From a candidate division WS6 bacterium OLB20 (GTDB taxonomy: Bacteria; Patescibacteriota; Dojkabacteria; B142; OLB20), in NCBI GenBank assembly GCA_001567355.1, contig JYNZ01000002.1:7477-71476 (forward strand): a DNA stretch of 64,000 bases. Direction: 5' to 3'. A program made the position numbers and the translations under genes. A model generated the notes under the pieces. That model ran no database searches, was not told the DNA's origin, and worked only from the letters and a program-made list of their open reading frames with translations. Shown here one piece after another: positions 19,521 to 29,131 of this stretch. Each line of letters opens with the position of its first letter. Within the stretch, counting starts at the first letter, position 1.

Positions 19521-21641
19521 ATGCGTACTATCATTGGTGCTTGTATTCTGCTGCTAGTCATGGGCGTTGTGACGTATGCTTCAGCCCAGTCCACGGCCGC
19601 ATTTATGCGCCTTTTAAGTCAGGAAACGGTATTTGAACAGGGAGATATCATCCCTGTTGCTGTCATGATCGAGTTTCCGGAAACTGCTGACAGATTTCTG
19701 GATGGGGCAGATGCTGTTGTTACGTTTGATGCTGGTGTACTGGAGTTTGTTGGCATCCGCAACGGAGATTTTGATATCTACCCCCCGGCGCAGCAGAACG
19801 AAGGCGAGATCAGAATATCCGGTCTTATGGAAAACCAGCCCGGTGAATCTGTCTCACAGCTTGCCACATTAAACTTTGTTGCCCGCTCGGTCGGCACTAC
19901 AAAGATAGAACTTACAGCACGGGATGATGATACAACAGACAGCAATGTTGCCTGGTCGGGATCAGATATTCTCACTGATACAAGCGATCTCACATTAAAT
20001 ATCCTCCCTGTCACCAGGGATGTTACCCCGGCTGTAGATCCGGTAATCGGGTACTGTCTGATTGTGCTGGCGCTTATCCTGATCATTATTGCCGCAATTA
20101 ATGGCATCCGACTGATAACTGCCAGGGATATGCAGCCTGCAGCAGTGGCCTTATTCAGTATTGCATTTGCAGTTGTTATCGCATTCCAGTTCGTGAGTCT
20201 GAGAGACCGTTCAGTGCTGGGGGCACAAAGCGGGGCATGCCGATTTGACAGCAACCAGGATGAAATCATCAACTCTGTGGATTATTCAATCCTTGTCCAT
20301 GCAGCAAGGACAGATGGTGATAACCATGATCTCACAGAGCAGGTAGCAGCTATGCTCCCCAGTTTCTTCAGTCGCTGTGTAGATCAGGTGGAAGTTGTGA
20401 CGCCGGTCGACTGTACCGGTAAGCAGTGTGGACCGGGCTGTGGTGTCTGTCCATCTGATCAGTACTGTTCAAGTTTTCAGTGTGTTGATCGCGAAACAAT
20501 CGAAGAAGAGATAAAAGAGCTGCCGGACACGGGGGGAAGCCAGACTCCCGTGCCAACCCAGACTGCACAACCAACCGGTACTGCAGGGCCTACACCCTCA
20601 GATCAGCCTACGCCAAGTGCAACGCTCACCAGTACACCGACTCCGACGCTGACAAATACTCCTTCACCGACGCCGACGAGCACGCCGACTCCAACTCCTT
20701 CGCCTACACCAGTCCCTGCAGTTCAGACTGGATCAATTCATACACTCAGGATCATGGAGATCAGGTACTACCCGCATGGAGAAAATGACGTGATTTATCA
20801 TCCGGATGTTCTATCGGCCAATCTGAAGTCCCTGCTCAGCCAGGCATCGCGTTTTAGAGGTCACAGTAACGGATCGGCACCATCTGCGCTTAATTTCCAG
20901 ACTGTTTCAGTTATCAACCGCTACACAGCGCGTCCCAATATCAACGGGTACTGGCAGACTACATATGAGGCTATTCTGGCACAGGATAATCTCTGCAGCA
21001 TTATCAATTCGCAGAACATCGATCAGATCTGGATGTGGGTTGACCCGAGACCTGGATACGATCCTAATCCGGGTGTCGAATACGCGATCTCGGGTGATTA
21101 CTTCGAGGGTGGCGCACAGTATGCAACCTATGCCTCGCCTGCCTTCTGCGGAGGACAGCGTTCGTTTGTGTTTATGGGCTTTGATACAACACGGACAGCA
21201 GACCTTGCTCTGCACAGTTTCGGACACTACATGGAGGGTCTGCTGGGCAATATTCAGTCGGTCAACCTGTTCTGGTACAGGTTCGGAGGAAATAACAGTG
21301 CAGGATATCCGCTCGCACAGCGCTGCGGAAACGTTCATTTTCCGCCGAACGGAACCATTGACTATGATTACGGCAATCAGACAGTCGTTAACAATAATTC
21401 CTGCGAGGACTGGAATCCCAACCTGACCGGACAGACAGAGTCGTTCAACTGCTCAAAATGGGGATGTGATCAGGAGGGATATCTGATCTGGTGGATGCAG
21501 AATATGCCCGGCTACCGCAACCTGATACAGTATAACGGAGACTATCTGCCAAGCTGGTGGGACTTTGTAGGTGACCTTGACGGCAGCGTCCCGTATTATC
21601 TCGGAAACAGCGATTATTACATGAACACAGCTTTCTTCTAA
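19521..21641 (+). CDS. secreted/membrane-anchored multidomain surface protein: cohesin-like N-domain, TM segment(s), dockerin-like Ca-loop, Cys-rich knot, Pro/Thr linker, and C-terminal Trp/Tyr-rich domain with an HSFGH motif
   Basis: Signal peptide MRTIIGACILLLVMGVVTYASA, then a VTFDAGVLEFVGIRNGDFDIY block. FDSNQDEIINSVDYSIL resembles a dockerin Ca-binding repeat. CTGKQCGPGCGVCPSDQYCSSFQC follows, then a (TP)n linker. Confidence 0.5.
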   Translation: MRTIIGACILLLVMGVVTYASAQSTAAFMRLLSQETVFEQGDIIPVAVMIEFPETADRFLDGADAVVTFDAGVLEFVGIRNGDFDIYPPAQQNEGEIRISGLMENQPGESVSQLATLNFVARSVGTTKIELTARDDDTTDSNVAWSGSDILTDTSDLTLNILPVTRDVTPAVDPVIGYCLIVLALILIIIAAINGIRLITARDMQPAAVALFSIAFAVVIAFQFVSLRDRSVLGAQSGACRFDSNQDEIINSVDYSILVHAARTDGDNHDLTEQVAAMLPSFFSRCVDQVEVVTPVDCTGKQCGPGCGVCPSDQYCSSFQCVDRETIEEEIKELPDTGGSQTPVPTQTAQPTGTAGPTPSDQPTPSATLTSTPTPTLTNTPSPTPTSTPTPTPSPTPVPAVQTGSIHTLRIMEIRYYPHGENDVIYHPDVLSANLKSLLSQASRFRGHSNGSAPSALNFQTVSVINRYTARPNINGYWQTTYEAILAQDNLCSIINSQNIDQIWMWVDPRPGYDPNPGVEYAISGDYFEGGAQYATYASPAFCGGQRSFVFMGFDTTRTADLALHSFGHYMEGLLGNIQSVNLFWYRFGGNNSAGYPLAQRCGNVHFPPNGTIDYDYGNQTVVNNNSCEDWNPNLTGQTESFNCSKWGCDQEGYLIWWMQNMPGYRNLIQYNGDYLPSWWDFVGDLDGSVPYYLGNSDYYMNTAFF

Positions 21642-21658
21642 ACGAATCTGACTGCCCG

Positions 21659-23434
21659 ATGAACATATCCGGTTTCATACAACCCGACTCTGACAGAACA
21701 CTTATTCAGAAGCAACATCTGTCTGTAATCATACCTGCGGGTTCCGGTCACGCTGTCACACTTATTAGTCCGCGTGGAAGCATGAAACCGTTGCGACTCA
21801 ATACTCTTGGTGACCGGCTTGAAACAGCAGTTACACTTGACCAGGATGGCGAATACGTCCTGGAGCTGCGTGAGGCATCGGGTGGCAGACTGATTGACAG
21901 GAGAGTCATTCGGGTGCTGCCGTCCTGGACTGTCTCTGCCGTCGTATACAATTTATTCCTGCGCACGAGTGCACAGTCTTCTTATGATGCCACGCTAGAA
22001 GATGTCCTTCGACATATAGACAAGGTAGCGGATGCGGGGGTAAACGTTCTCTACATCAATCCCTTTTATGATACCGGAGCGTATCTGAAAAAGCATAACC
22101 TGCTGGGCAGCATGCCTGATCAGGCTCTCAAGGGGACACCATATGCAGTACGTGACATGACTGAACTTAATGTCGCTGCTGTCGCATCCGATCCAGCATT
22201 GTCATCGTCCTGGCAGGCAGAAGAGGTTCTGCGTACGTTTGTCAGTGCGGCGCATAACCGTGGTATCAGGGTTATCTTTGACCTGATCCTCAACCACACA
22301 TCGCATGACTTTCTTCTGCAACGCTATTATCCCGAATGGTTCTATTATAAAGAGGACATTCTCTCTACCGATTCTCCATACCTGTATTTTACTGACGGCA
22401 AACCGTGGGGGGATCCTGCACATACTGCCGTACCGTTTGAAGACGGAGACTTTTACTGGAGTGACACTGCAAAGCTGAACTGGGAGTTTGACGCTCCACC
22501 CGCACCAAATGATCCTCCCGGAAATCCGTCAATACGTCAGATGTATGAGTACTTTATCACTGTCGCGTCATACTGGGTACGGGAGTTTGGTATTGACGGC
22601 TACCGCTGTGACCTTGCACATCGGATACCACTTTCTTTCTGGAGGGAATGTATAGCAGCGGTAAAAAGTACCGCCCGGGAGAGTCATCCCCACAATGACA
22701 GTATCGACGGCACCGTCGTGTTTGTTGCCGAAGCCCCGCCTGAATCTGTCTCATCGCTGCTCGCGGCGGGATTTGACTTCTGCTATTCCGGTCTTGCACA
22801 GGGTATAGATAATCCGGGTGCATATCTGAAATCACTCTCAGAAAGCAGGGAACGGCTGCACAGTTTTAACTTTGCAGAAGCCTACGATTTTCATGCCAGA
22901 AACCGTGCACCTGAGCCGGTCCATGGTGGAGGTCCGGATCGAAGCGGTATCTGGCAGTGGGCGTTGACTGCAACATTGCCCGGTATGGCACTGTTGTATT
23001 CAGGGTTTGAGAAAATGTCATGGCACGGTATACCTGGCGCTGACCTGGGTCTCATAGGTGATAATGAATACCTTGCTGCAGTCAGAACTGTCTCAGAGAT
23101 ACGGACAAAAGAAAAAGCCCTGCACAGTGAAGCGGTTCAGTATTTAGAGGTGAGCGGCGAAGATGCAGAGGCAATCACTGCGTATTCACGGTATAATGAC
23201 GGCGAGACATTGTTTGTTGTGCTTAACACAGGCAAAACTGCTGTCACGAATGCCATCGTAAGACTTTCGTCACCGGATCTTGATAGCGGACAACCGTTTA
23301 TGCTGAAAGATCTGATGACCGGCAGGATTTACCTAAGAACTGATCCGGAAGTTGTGCTTCTGCTTGATCCCGGTCAGGTACATATATTTAAACTTGAACA
23401 GAAATGGGAGGACTCTTCGTACTCACAAGCCTGA
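21659..23434 (+). CDS. alpha-amylase family glycoside hydrolase (GH13), cytoplasmic
   Basis: GH13 region I is FDLILNHTSHD, region II is GYRCDLAHRIP, and region III is VFVAEAPPE. There is no signal peptide. Confidence 0.7.
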   Translation: MNISGFIQPDSDRTLIQKQHLSVIIPAGSGHAVTLISPRGSMKPLRLNTLGDRLETAVTLDQDGEYVLELREASGGRLIDRRVIRVLPSWTVSAVVYNLFLRTSAQSSYDATLEDVLRHIDKVADAGVNVLYINPFYDTGAYLKKHNLLGSMPDQALKGTPYAVRDMTELNVAAVASDPALSSSWQAEEVLRTFVSAAHNRGIRVIFDLILNHTSHDFLLQRYYPEWFYYKEDILSTDSPYLYFTDGKPWGDPAHTAVPFEDGDFYWSDTAKLNWEFDAPPAPNDPPGNPSIRQMYEYFITVASYWVREFGIDGYRCDLAHRIPLSFWRECIAAVKSTARESHPHNDSIDGTVVFVAEAPPESVSSLLAAGFDFCYSGLAQGIDNPGAYLKSLSESRERLHSFNFAEAYDFHARNRAPEPVHGGGPDRSGIWQWALTATLPGMALLYSGFEKMSWHGIPGADLGLIGDNEYLAAVRTVSEIRTKEKALHSEAVQYLEVSGEDAEAITAYSRYNDGETLFVVLNTGKTAVTNAIVRLSSPDLDSGQPFMLKDLMTGRIYLRTDPEVVLLLDPGQVHIFKLEQKWEDSSYSQA

Positions 23435-23961
23435 AAGAGCAGGGATCATTGAGGATGCTGCGATTCTATCCGTATTTTTTCCTTGCAGTTGCTGCTATCG
23501 GTCTGGTTTTGCTTACAATTGTTTACTCCGGAGCTGCAGGCCAGCCCGAGGCTATCACCGGTAATCGTGATGCCGACGGACAGCGTCTGAGTCTTGAGGA
23601 TCTTGAAGCCGGCACTCCAGAAAGCTTTCCTGTTGAGCCCGATGCTAAGGTCGTCGAGATCACCCGTGAGGGCCGGGATTCAAAAGGGTCGCTCACCATG
23701 GCCGGGTCGGATTCGACAGTAACCATAACAGGGACAATCGCCGGACTGTTTGATACCCAGGGGCTGTTTATCACACTTCGTACAGCATGTGATTCAGACG
23801 AGGTTATCACCGGTCTTGATGTGACTGAAAACATGTCAGTGAGCGGAACGGTCCAGCTGTCGCTTGCTCAACTGCTGGAGAGGACACCACATCTAGTTAT
23901 ACGGTCACAGGAGGAGCAGCTTCTGTGCACAGCACTCAGCAATGAAAACGGCTCTGTTTGA
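23404..23961 (+). CDS. hypothetical exported protein (start probably the internal ATG near 23455)
   Basis: Contains the signal-anchor LRFYPYFFLAVAAIGLVLLTIVYSGAAG. No recognisable domain. Confidence 0.4.
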   Translation: MGGLFVLTSLKEQGSLRMLRFYPYFFLAVAAIGLVLLTIVYSGAAGQPEAITGNRDADGQRLSLEDLEAGTPESFPVEPDAKVVEITREGRDSKGSLTMAGSDSTVTITGTIAGLFDTQGLFITLRTACDSDEVITGLDVTENMSVSGTVQLSLAQLLERTPHLVIRSQEEQLLCTALSNENGSV

Positions 23962-24934
23962 GGTACCCGCTGATGAAGAGGATTTATTCAGGTCAGAACT
24001 GGGAGACTGCATCATCAGTCGCGATCCGCTGTCTGAACATAATCTGCCTCCTGATGATACAGAGATAGTCTGTGTTTTTGTAGGATCCGAACTTAATGAA
24101 CCTGTACTGGCTGATCTCCCGGCACTGAAAGCGATAGTCACCCGTTCAACAGGGTATGACCATATTGATATCGATTATTGCGCTGCCCATGGAATTACTG
24201 TCAGTAACGTGCCGCACTACGGGGAGAAAACAGTTGCCGAGCATACATTTGCGCTGCTTCTGGCCCTGTCCAGAAACATTCACCGCTCACACGTACGTGC
24301 TTTAAAGGATGATTTTGATGCCAGTGATCTGCAGGGGTTTGAACTCGCCGGCAAGGTACTTGGGGTAGTTGGTACGGGCAGTATCGGCAGTCATGTTATC
24401 AGGATTGCTCACGGATTCTCCATGAAGGTGCTTGCATGGTCAAGAACTAAGCGGCATGAACTGGTAAATGCCTACGGAGTCGAATATGTCGATACATTTG
24501 GCGAGCTCCTGCGCAGATCGGACATAGTAACGCTTCATGTACCGCACAGTGCTGAGACACATCATCTGCTCAATACCGACACTATACACGAAATGCGTCC
24601 GGGTGCCTACCTGATCAATACCTCACGGGGCGAGCTTGTAGATACGGATGCCCTCTACAAGGCACTGAAAAACGGCCACCTGGGTGGTGCAGGGCTGGAT
24701 GTGATCGAAGGCGAAGAACTTATCTCGGAAGACTTTGAACTGCTGTATGAACACAGCAACCCGGATGTTATCAGACAGATCTACCGTGACCGGACAATTT
24801 TCAGAATGGAGAATGTCGTCTTTACTCCTCACAGCGGTTTTAACAGTAAAGAAGCCCGAATGCGTCTGCTGCGCGAATCCGTCGCTAATATCAAAGCAGT
24901 CAGGTCGGGTACTGTACTCAATCCGGTGGGCTGA
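23942..24934 (+). CDS. D-isomer-specific 2-hydroxyacid dehydrogenase (D-lactate dehydrogenase / glyoxylate reductase family)
   Basis: NAD-binding motif GKVLGVVGTGSIGSHV, plus the catalytic region INTSRGELVD...FTPH. Confidence 0.75.
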   Translation: MKTALFEVPADEEDLFRSELGDCIISRDPLSEHNLPPDDTEIVCVFVGSELNEPVLADLPALKAIVTRSTGYDHIDIDYCAAHGITVSNVPHYGEKTVAEHTFALLLALSRNIHRSHVRALKDDFDASDLQGFELAGKVLGVVGTGSIGSHVIRIAHGFSMKVLAWSRTKRHELVNAYGVEYVDTFGELLRRSDIVTLHVPHSAETHHLLNTDTIHEMRPGAYLINTSRGELVDTDALYKALKNGHLGGAGLDVIEGEELISEDFELLYEHSNPDVIRQIYRDRTIFRMENVVFTPHSGFNSKEARMRLLRESVANIKAVRSGTVLNPVG

Positions 24935-24989
24935 TTTTGACTGCAGAGGTAAACACTGCTAGACTATTACAAATGTAAGAGTTATCCCC

Positions 24990-25343
24990 ATGTTAGGAGA
25001 TCTTGAGCAGCGTATTATGAATGTCATCTGGGAGAGCGACAGGCCGCTTAAACCGGCCGAAGTGCTCAAACGGATGGAATGCGACCTTGCATACACTACT
25101 ATTATGACTGTCATGAAGCGTCTGGTGGATAAAGACCTGCTTACCAGAAAAAAGCAGGGGAATGTCTACTACTACTCGGTTGCGACTCCCAAGCGTGAAT
25201 ATGCGAAAGACAATCTCGGTGAGCTGTTCTCTTCGCTTGTTGACTCCTACGGAAATCTTGCTATCTCGCAGTTTGTAGAGACCGTTCGTGAAAATCCGCA
25301 GGATCTGAAGCAGCTCAAAGAATACCTCGACAAACAGTTATGA
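24990..25343 (+). CDS. BlaI/MecI/CopY-family transcriptional repressor
   Basis: 117 aa with a winged-helix N-terminus (LGDLEQRIMNVIWESDRPLKPAEVLKRM...TTIMTVMKRLVDKDLLTRKKQGNVYYY). Confidence 0.75.
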   Translation: MLGDLEQRIMNVIWESDRPLKPAEVLKRMECDLAYTTIMTVMKRLVDKDLLTRKKQGNVYYYSVATPKREYAKDNLGELFSSLVDSYGNLAISQFVETVRENPQDLKQLKEYLDKQL

Positions 25344-26170
25344 AACCTGAGACACAGCACAGATTCGCATTTCTTCTTGTTATTCTGCTTGGCGTTCAAA
25401 ATCTTGTAGTAATCGCTCTCCTCACCGATCGTGTTGTTCCGCTTTTCACTGCCAACATTCGTATTCTTACAGCAGCGACACTTGGCGGTGCGCTGACTGA
25501 ACCGCTTATCACTCCGCACTTTGTGCTGGTTACTGTACTTACCATCTACTGGGGGGCCCTGGTAACAGGTCTGATCATGGCTGTCCTGCGGATTGCCTTT
25601 GACGTCGCAAAAACCAGGATGTTCATCAGAGGGCTTAACATCACAGGAAACAAAGATGGAGTATTAATCTTTTCTTCAGACGAACCGGCAGTATTTACAG
25701 CAGGACTTATCAGACCTCGAATATATGTTTCTGAACGTCTGCTGGAGCTGCTGTCACCCGAAGAAGCATCAGCTGTCCTTGCGCACGAAGCGTTTCATGT
25801 CAGGAGCTACGAACCGCTCCGTCAGACAGTTGTCCGCTGCATTATCTATGCTATGCCACTTCTGCCGTATCCGGCCCGGCTTGAGCAGCGTCTGCTTGTT
25901 CTGGGTGAAGTTACTGCGGACACATATGCCGAGCAGCATGTATCATCAAAACTCCCGTTGATCAGTGCAATGATAAAGATTATTGAGTCCGGGCTACCCC
26001 GCAATCTGGCTGTTTCCCAGTTCAGTTCCGGAAGAGTCTCTGCACTGACGGGGGGAAGGATTAACGGTTTTGCTGCGGCATGCACATTGATTGCTACATG
26101 TGCAGTTTCAGTCATGATCGGCTATCTGCTCGTCTCGACAGAGCTGCTTAAGGCTTGTCAGATGGGCTAG
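25340..26170 (+). CDS. M56-family (BlaR1-like) membrane metalloprotease, lacking the extracellular penicillin-binding sensor domain
   Basis: Zinc motif HEAFHV within TM-rich 276 aa. ATGA-coupled to the BlaI gene. Confidence 0.7.
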   Translation: MKPETQHRFAFLLVILLGVQNLVVIALLTDRVVPLFTANIRILTAATLGGALTEPLITPHFVLVTVLTIYWGALVTGLIMAVLRIAFDVAKTRMFIRGLNITGNKDGVLIFSSDEPAVFTAGLIRPRIYVSERLLELLSPEEASAVLAHEAFHVRSYEPLRQTVVRCIIYAMPLLPYPARLEQRLLVLGEVTADTYAEQHVSSKLPLISAMIKIIESGLPRNLAVSQFSSGRVSALTGGRINGFAAACTLIATCAVSVMIGYLLVSTELLKACQMG

Positions 26171-26258
26171 GATTGAAGTAATCTGTGTTTATTCTTGACA
26201 AGTTTCAGTGCTTCTACTACCTTTGTAGAAGTAGCGTTTTATTTTTTACTATAACCAG

Positions 26259-27071
26259 ATGGCTAAGGTTAAAAGTTCCTCGGGAGGAGATCCGATTTCT
26301 TCCGGAGAGACCGTCACCATTGATCTGCAGCAGTTCCTGACACCGCTGTCTATCTTCGTCAGTGGACTGATGATCTCGGCTTCAATTTTCTTTTCATTTA
26401 GCGGAGCATCTATCGGTACAACCAGAACTGGCGGTACAGTGACGACAACTCCTACGGCGGTTGCGGATCCTGGTACCGGAAACACAACGGCAACTGTTAA
26501 TATCGATGATGATCCTGTACTTGGCAACAGGGATTCCGCCAAGGTCGCTATCGTTGAGTTCAGCGATTTTGAATGTCCGTTCTGCCAGAGGTTTCATAAC
26601 GACACGTTCGATGCCCTGATTGAGCAGTATGTAGACAGCGGTGAAGCAATCTTTGTTTATCGCGATTTCCCGCTCAGCTTCCATGAGCCTGCAGCAACCA
26701 AAGCAGCAAATGCAGCTCAGTGTGTATTTGAGCAGAAGGGCAGCAATGCATTCTTCAATTTTGCCCAGCAGTACTATGAGAAGACTGTATCTAACGGTTC
26801 AGGACTTCCAACAGGTACAACGCTTGAGACTCTTGCCCGCTCAATCGAAGGTATGGATATCGGCAAGTTCAACAATTGTGTGACAAGCAACACCTATGCG
26901 GATGAGGTCGCAAAGGATACGGCTGATGGTTCAGCAGCAGGTGTTACAGGTACACCAGGTTTCGTGATCGGCGTACTTGACGGCGACGGTAATGTTGATG
27001 GTGTAATTGTCCCAGGTGCACAGCCCCTGGCGACATTCCAGCAGGTTATTGACGAACAGCTGGCACGCTAA
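26259..27071 (+). CDS. DsbA-like thiol:disulfide oxidoreductase (thioredoxin fold), membrane-anchored
   Basis: N-terminal TM helix, a Gly/Thr linker, the FSDFECPFCQRFH CxxC active site, and the downstream cis-Pro region. Confidence 0.7.
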   Translation: MAKVKSSSGGDPISSGETVTIDLQQFLTPLSIFVSGLMISASIFFSFSGASIGTTRTGGTVTTTPTAVADPGTGNTTATVNIDDDPVLGNRDSAKVAIVEFSDFECPFCQRFHNDTFDALIEQYVDSGEAIFVYRDFPLSFHEPAATKAANAAQCVFEQKGSNAFFNFAQQYYEKTVSNGSGLPTGTTLETLARSIEGMDIGKFNNCVTSNTYADEVAKDTADGSAAGVTGTPGFVIGVLDGDGNVDGVIVPGAQPLATFQQVIDEQLAR

Positions 27072-27087
27072 TCGAATCTATAGGTTT

Positions 27088-27116
27088 AAACAGCCCCGCT
27101 TGACGCGGGGCTGTTT
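27088..27116 (+). terminator. stem-loop terminator downstream of the dsbA-like gene
   Basis: Perfect 12-bp inverted repeat AAACAGCCCCGC-ttgac-GCGGGGCTGTTT. Confidence 0.6.
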
Positions 27117-27163
27117 CTTGACAAAAAGACGTCGGGTGGAGTAAGATTTAGCAGTCAACATAT

Positions 27164-27628
27164 TTGATTGCTAATATTTTACTTATTACAATCATCACAA
27201 TGAGACGAAGAGCAATCACACTTTTTGATCCTTCGCGGATCTTCTCGGACGACTTTATGAATACATTTTTCAGCAGCACGGGGCTGGATTTCCAGTACAC
27301 CAACGAGCTCGAGATGTATGAGGATGAGAATTCCGTCGTCGTCAAGCTTAAAGCCCCGGGTTATTCCGAGGAGGATGTTGAGATTACTATCGAAGACACA
27401 GTCCTTACTATTTCGGGTGAGGTAAAGGAAGAGACGGAAGAGGAGCAGAAGGGCAAAAAATACTACTACAAGGAAATGCGCCACGGCAGCTTCTCAAGGT
27501 CGGTGACACTTCCGGTTAAAGTCCGTGCCGAAGAGGCGTCAGCGTCATTCGGTAATGGTATTATCACCATCACACTACCTAAGAGCGAAGACGTGAAGCC
27601 GAAGAAAATAACGGTTAAGCATTCCTGA
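27164..27628 (+). CDS. Hsp20/alpha-crystallin family small heat-shock protein
   Basis: Alpha-crystallin domain: VVVKLKAPGYSEEDVEITIEDTVLTISGE...GSFSRSVTLP...NGIITITLPK. An upstream TTGACA-18-TAAGAT promoter-like element lies at 27117-27146. Confidence 0.8.
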   Translation: MIANILLITIITMRRRAITLFDPSRIFSDDFMNTFFSSTGLDFQYTNELEMYEDENSVVVKLKAPGYSEEDVEITIEDTVLTISGEVKEETEEEQKGKKYYYKEMRHGSFSRSVTLPVKVRAEEASASFGNGIITITLPKSEDVKPKKITVKHS

Positions 27629-27639
27629 TCTAATCTGTT

Positions 27640-27668
27640 ACGGGGCCAAAATACGGCCCCGTTTTTTT
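27640..27668 (+). terminator. rho-independent terminator after the hsp20 gene
   Basis: ACGGGGCC-aaaatac-GGCCCCGT followed by a TTTTTTT run. Confidence 0.75.
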
Positions 27669-28346
27669 ATGCATCCAGTATCAGTTGTCTCGGTCCCGAT
27701 CGGAAATCTTGCAGATATAACAGAACGTGCCATGCAGGTATTGCGTGAAGCTGATTGTGTTCTTGCAGAAGACACACGCCGTACCGGTAAGTTGCTTGGT
27801 CTGCTGGGGATCCATGTGCCGGAATTGCTGTCCTACCGTGATCAGAATCATGCAAGGGTGTTTCCTGCAGTCCTTCAGCGGGTGCAGTCGGGACAGCGGC
27901 TGGTTCTTGTCAGCGACAGCGGCACGCCTGTGCTTTCTGATCCCGGTTTTCTCCTTGTGCGTGATCTTGTGGATGAGGGGGTGCCGGTTACTCCTGTCCC
28001 CGGTGCCAGCGCACTGCTGTCAGCACTTGTTGTCTCTGCGCTTCCTCCTGACAGGTTTATGTTCCTCGGATTCTTCCCGAAAAAGGGCAACGAGAGATTT
28101 CAGGCGCTTGATTCAGCGCGAGACCTGAAAATGACAGCGGTTCTGTACGAGTCCCCAAACAGGATTGATAAAACGCTGAAGCTGCTGGCTGACAGATACG
28201 GAGAAACAGTCGAACTGGCGCTTTGTAAAGAGCTTACCAAGCTGCATGAAACGGTTCTGCGCGGCACACCAGACCAGCTGCTGTCTGCTTTAGAGACAGT
28301 GAGTACAAAAGGTGAGTGGGTAATTGTTGCCTCGTTTAGGCAATAA
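27669..28346 (+). CDS. rsmI: 16S rRNA (cytidine1402-2'-O)-methyltransferase RsmI (tetrapyrrole-methylase fold)
   Basis: VSVPIGNLADIT...VLAEDTRRTGKLL...LVSDSGTPVLSDPGF...VPGASALLSAL. Confidence 0.75.
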   Translation: MHPVSVVSVPIGNLADITERAMQVLREADCVLAEDTRRTGKLLGLLGIHVPELLSYRDQNHARVFPAVLQRVQSGQRLVLVSDSGTPVLSDPGFLLVRDLVDEGVPVTPVPGASALLSALVVSALPPDRFMFLGFFPKKGNERFQALDSARDLKMTAVLYESPNRIDKTLKLLADRYGETVELALCKELTKLHETVLRGTPDQLLSALETVSTKGEWVIVASFRQ

Positions 28347-28593
28347 GGGTAGCTCCCATGAAAGAGCCCTTGCTGCGAAGCGTTTTATAGGCCTTCATGG
28401 ATACTGTGATTGTCTGGACTTTGCCGTCCATCTCAACACGTACCTTACGGAGGTTTGGCTTCCAGGTGCGTTTTACCTTCTGAGATTTATACGCCCAGAC
28501 TCCTCCTCCTCCAGAGGATCCGCGTCTGTGTTTTTTGTGATGACCGGTTGAAGTGCGTCTTCCGGTCAGGTCGCATGTACGTGCCATAATCAA
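28336..28593 (-). CDS. rpmB: 50S ribosomal protein L28 (bL28)
   Basis: MARTCDLTGRR...TWKPNLRKVRVEMDGK...VSMKAYKTL matches the bL28 pattern MAR-C-LTGK...PNL...V. Convergent 11-nt overlap with rsmI. Confidence 0.7.
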   Translation of the reverse strand: MIMARTCDLTGRRTSTGHHKKHRRGSSGGGGVWAYKSQKVKRTWKPNLRKVRVEMDGKVQTITVSMKAYKTLRSKGSFMGATLIA

Positions 28594-28660
28594 AACTTCT
28601 GAATACCTGCTAATGATACACCAGGCCTGAGTATTTTGTCAAAGAGTTACCTGTATCTGT

Positions 28661-28688
28661 TTGATCGTATGCCAAACTACGATATAAT
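28661..28688 (+). promoter_or_regulatory. sigma70-like promoter TTGATC-16-TATAAT, 14 nt upstream of the ATG at 28703
   Basis: TTGATC at 28661-66 and TATAAT at 28683-88. Confidence 0.35.
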
Positions 28689-28702
28689 CGGTATTCATTC
28701 TG

Positions 28703-29113
28703 ATGTCAAACAAGGATACTGATCAACAAGAACTCCCGGACAGCCCCGTAACAGGTCACCCGGGATTTACCGGGACTCTTGCGTATCTCCGTCATTACGA
28801 AGACTATTCATCACGGCCGGCTGTCAGCACAACCCGCTCTGGCAGAGACATTGCTTACTATGCAGCTGTTGCGGAATTCAGACGTGAGCGTGGCGTAACT
28901 CCCCCGGAAATTTCGGATCCTGAGCTTTCAGGGGCGATAGGTTCGATAGATGACTGGTGGGGTACGGATGAGTATGTAACAGCGTCAGAGATTGCTGATA
29001 CATACATGACAGAGCTGCCACATGAGAATGCCAGACCTGATTTGCTGTTTGAGCTTGCCAGAAAGGGTTTTGAAGATCCTCTGTTTCTTCCCGTGTTTAC
29101 AGTACGTACTTGA
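28703..29113 (+). CDS. hypothetical protein (first gene of the ORFan island)
   Basis: 136-aa ORF with no recognisable motifs. Confidence 0.45.
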   Translation: MSNKDTDQQELPDSPVTGHPGFTGTLAYLRHYEDYSSRPAVSTTRSGRDIAYYAAVAEFRRERGVTPPEISDPELSGAIGSIDDWWGTDEYVTASEIADTYMTELPHENARPDLLFELARKGFEDPLFLPVFTVRT

Positions 29114-29131
29114 GAATGCAGGTGAGGCCTG

